Under the pieces are notes generated by a model. It did not search any database. It was given only the letters and a program-made list of their open reading frames with translations, and was not told the DNA's origin. A DNA stretch of 52,832 nucleotides from a virus (taxonomy: Duplodnaviria > Heunggongvirae > Uroviricota > Caudoviricetes). This document shows, piece by piece, positions 51,583 through 52,832 of this stretch (its first letter is position 1; the number at the start of each line of letters is the position of its first letter). A program made the position numbers and the translations under genes. The DNA lies in the IMG/VR virus record IMGVR_UViG_3300028797_000097, one strand, 5' to 3'.

Positions 51583-52110
51583 ATGAATTTAAATGAATGG
51601 ACATTGAATCAAGCAGCAGGTTTATTGGATGAAGGTTTTAAACCGTTCGGTTCTACTGAAGACTATAGTGCTGAAGAACTTCGTAAAATAGCAAAACAGA
51701 GAGAAATGTTACATGAAGAAACAGATTCTGATTCTTCTTTAGATCAAATCTTTGAAACTCTTACTAAGACTCGTGATATTTGGTTAAAAGAATTACAAGA
51801 AACATTGCCCGAAGGCTATCATGCTACTGCCTATACCGGTTCTTGTGCTACAGGATTATCTAAGAGAATTCCCGGAATTAATATTACACATGATGTTGAA
51901 AGAGAACCGGGTAAATATATATTGGTAAATAATGAGAATCCTAGAAAAATTGAATTTGAAGGCGTCGGACCATGCACTTTGAATGGGTGGGAAAAAAATA
52001 TAGCAATTCACTATCCAGGTGTCAGACGTATGGCTACACGATTCAGACTTCCAGGAATGTATAACTATAAACATGAAGTTGCAAAAATAGTTAAGGATAT
52101 AACTGGGTAA
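51583..52110 (+). CDS. late protein with short leader variant (MNLNE)
   Basis: ATG 51583, AAGGT RBS, several L-x-E sites in the first 50 aa. Confidence 0.7.
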   Translation: MNLNEWTLNQAAGLLDEGFKPFGSTEDYSAEELRKIAKQREMLHEETDSDSSLDQIFETLTKTRDIWLKELQETLPEGYHATAYTGSCATGLSKRIPGINITHDVEREPGKYILVNNENPRKIEFEGVGPCTLNGWEKNIAIHYPGVRRMATRFRLPGMYNYKHEVAKIVKDITG

Positions 52111-52113
52111 AAT

Positions 52114-52287
52114 ATGAATGATATTAAAAAGATTATTAAGGATTCATTAATTACAATTCTTTCTAAGGATTTTCCCAATGTCCAAAACATTGAAAACCTT
52201 ATAGAAGTCAAGGAATGTAAAAATAGAAAGAATGGCGATTACTGTATATCATTACATAAATTTGCGAATAGGTTAAATCATGAATAA
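52114..52287 (+). CDS. 57-aa protein resembling the ArgRS N-terminal domain (not in ORF track)
   Basis: MNDIKKIIKDSLITILSKDFPNVQNIENLIEVKECKNRKNGDYCISLHKFANRLNHE. Confidence 0.55.
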   Translation: MNDIKKIIKDSLITILSKDFPNVQNIENLIEVKECKNRKNGDYCISLHKFANRLNHE

Positions 52288-52531
52288 AGACAAGTATTAT
52301 GTTCAAGATCCAGATTGTGGATGCTGGATGCACAGAAGTCCATTAAAACGTATTATTAATCCTATTTTACGAAAGATACAATTCTGGTCAAAAGACAAAT
52401 GGGTTATCGGAAGTAAGACAGAATTTGATGAAAACGGTATTCCACATTTCAAAGGTTATGGAATGGTCAAAACCAGAGTAATGACGATTGAAGAATATAA
52501 CGAATGGAAAAAACAAAAAGAGGAAAATTAA
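52280..52531 (+). CDS. hypothetical protein
   Basis: 83 aa, overlaps the upstream stop. Confidence 0.7.
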   Translation: MNKDKYYVQDPDCGCWMHRSPLKRIINPILRKIQFWSKDKWVIGSKTEFDENGIPHFKGYGMVKTRVMTIEEYNEWKKQKEEN

Positions 52532-52543
52532 ATTCCTCTTTTT
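52515..52543. terminator. bidirectional intrinsic terminator
   Basis: aaaaagaggaa/ttcctcttttt with the stop codon in the loop. Confidence 0.8.
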
Positions 52544-52575
52544 ATATAATCAGTATCATCTAAATTTTATATATT

Positions 52576-52832
52576 TTAATGACCACCATATTTTTCTATA
52601 ACTTCTTTCAAAGCATTTTTATATCCGCGTTGACCATAAGCAAATATAGTTAATACTTCTTTTGCGAAATCACGATTCATTAAAGTTTTATCAGAAATAG
52701 TATAACTAAATTGATTTTTAAATGGACATTCCCAGAAAATTTTTTCATAACTGCCACCAATAGTACGCAATTTTATTGTACATTGACCATCTTTATCCCT
52801 ATTAAAATATAAATGAATATCTCTTGGTCCTA
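52576..52832 (-). CDS. hypothetical protein, 5' end outside window
   Basis: Frame stays open from the window end (GPRDIHLYFNRDKDGQCTIKLRTIGG...). Confidence 0.65.
   Translation of the reverse strand, partial: GPRDIHLYFNRDKDGQCTIKLRTIGGSYEKIFWECPFKNQFSYTISDKTLMNRDFAKEVLTIFAYGQRGYKNALKEVIEKYGGH

Noticed and set aside
1-52832. Stop-codon reassignment (code 15 or 4), as seen in some large gut phages
   Set aside because: Conserved enzymes are full-length in code 11. TAG serves as a stop (sufE, 33459) and TGA as a stop (3561, 6486), and reading through the TAGs gives no meaningful extension.
1-52832. Prophage or bacterial chromosome origin suggested by many metabolic genes
   Set aside because: No integrase, rRNA or housekeeping operons. 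Dense small ORFs, uniform strong early promoters and T4-type late promoters point to a lytic phage, though no hallmark capsid or terminase gene is in the window to prove it.

Overview
Gene-dense, AT-rich accessory region of a large lytic dsDNA phage (jumbo/T4-like transcription logic). About 100 CDS read in code 11. I saw no tRNA, rRNA, CRISPR array, integrase or transposase. Two layers are interleaved. (1) Minus-strand operons start at about 19 sigma70-like promoters (TTGACA/TTTACA-N17-TATATT), many fused to intrinsic terminator hairpins and several apparently leaderless. They carry a complete deamidating NAD+ salvage route (PncA, PncB, NadD-Nudix, NadE), a PARG-like macrodomain, RNA end-repair enzymes (RNA ligase, phosphoesterase-kinase, Thg1), two radical SAM enzymes with an Fe-S flavoprotein and SufE, M16/M18 peptidases, phosphatases, and many small or membrane hypotheticals. 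(2) Stand-alone cassettes sit on either strand behind 11 T4-type late promoters (TATAAATA). Most encode unrelated, often acidic proteins that share a ~20-aa N-terminal leader (M-N-L-x-E-A-K-x-x-L-x-x-x-G-Y-x-[ILV]-x-x-E). I infer this is a capsid-targeting, protease-cleaved leader on a family of virion-packaged cargo proteins. All product calls come from motif recognition by eye. No database search was run.
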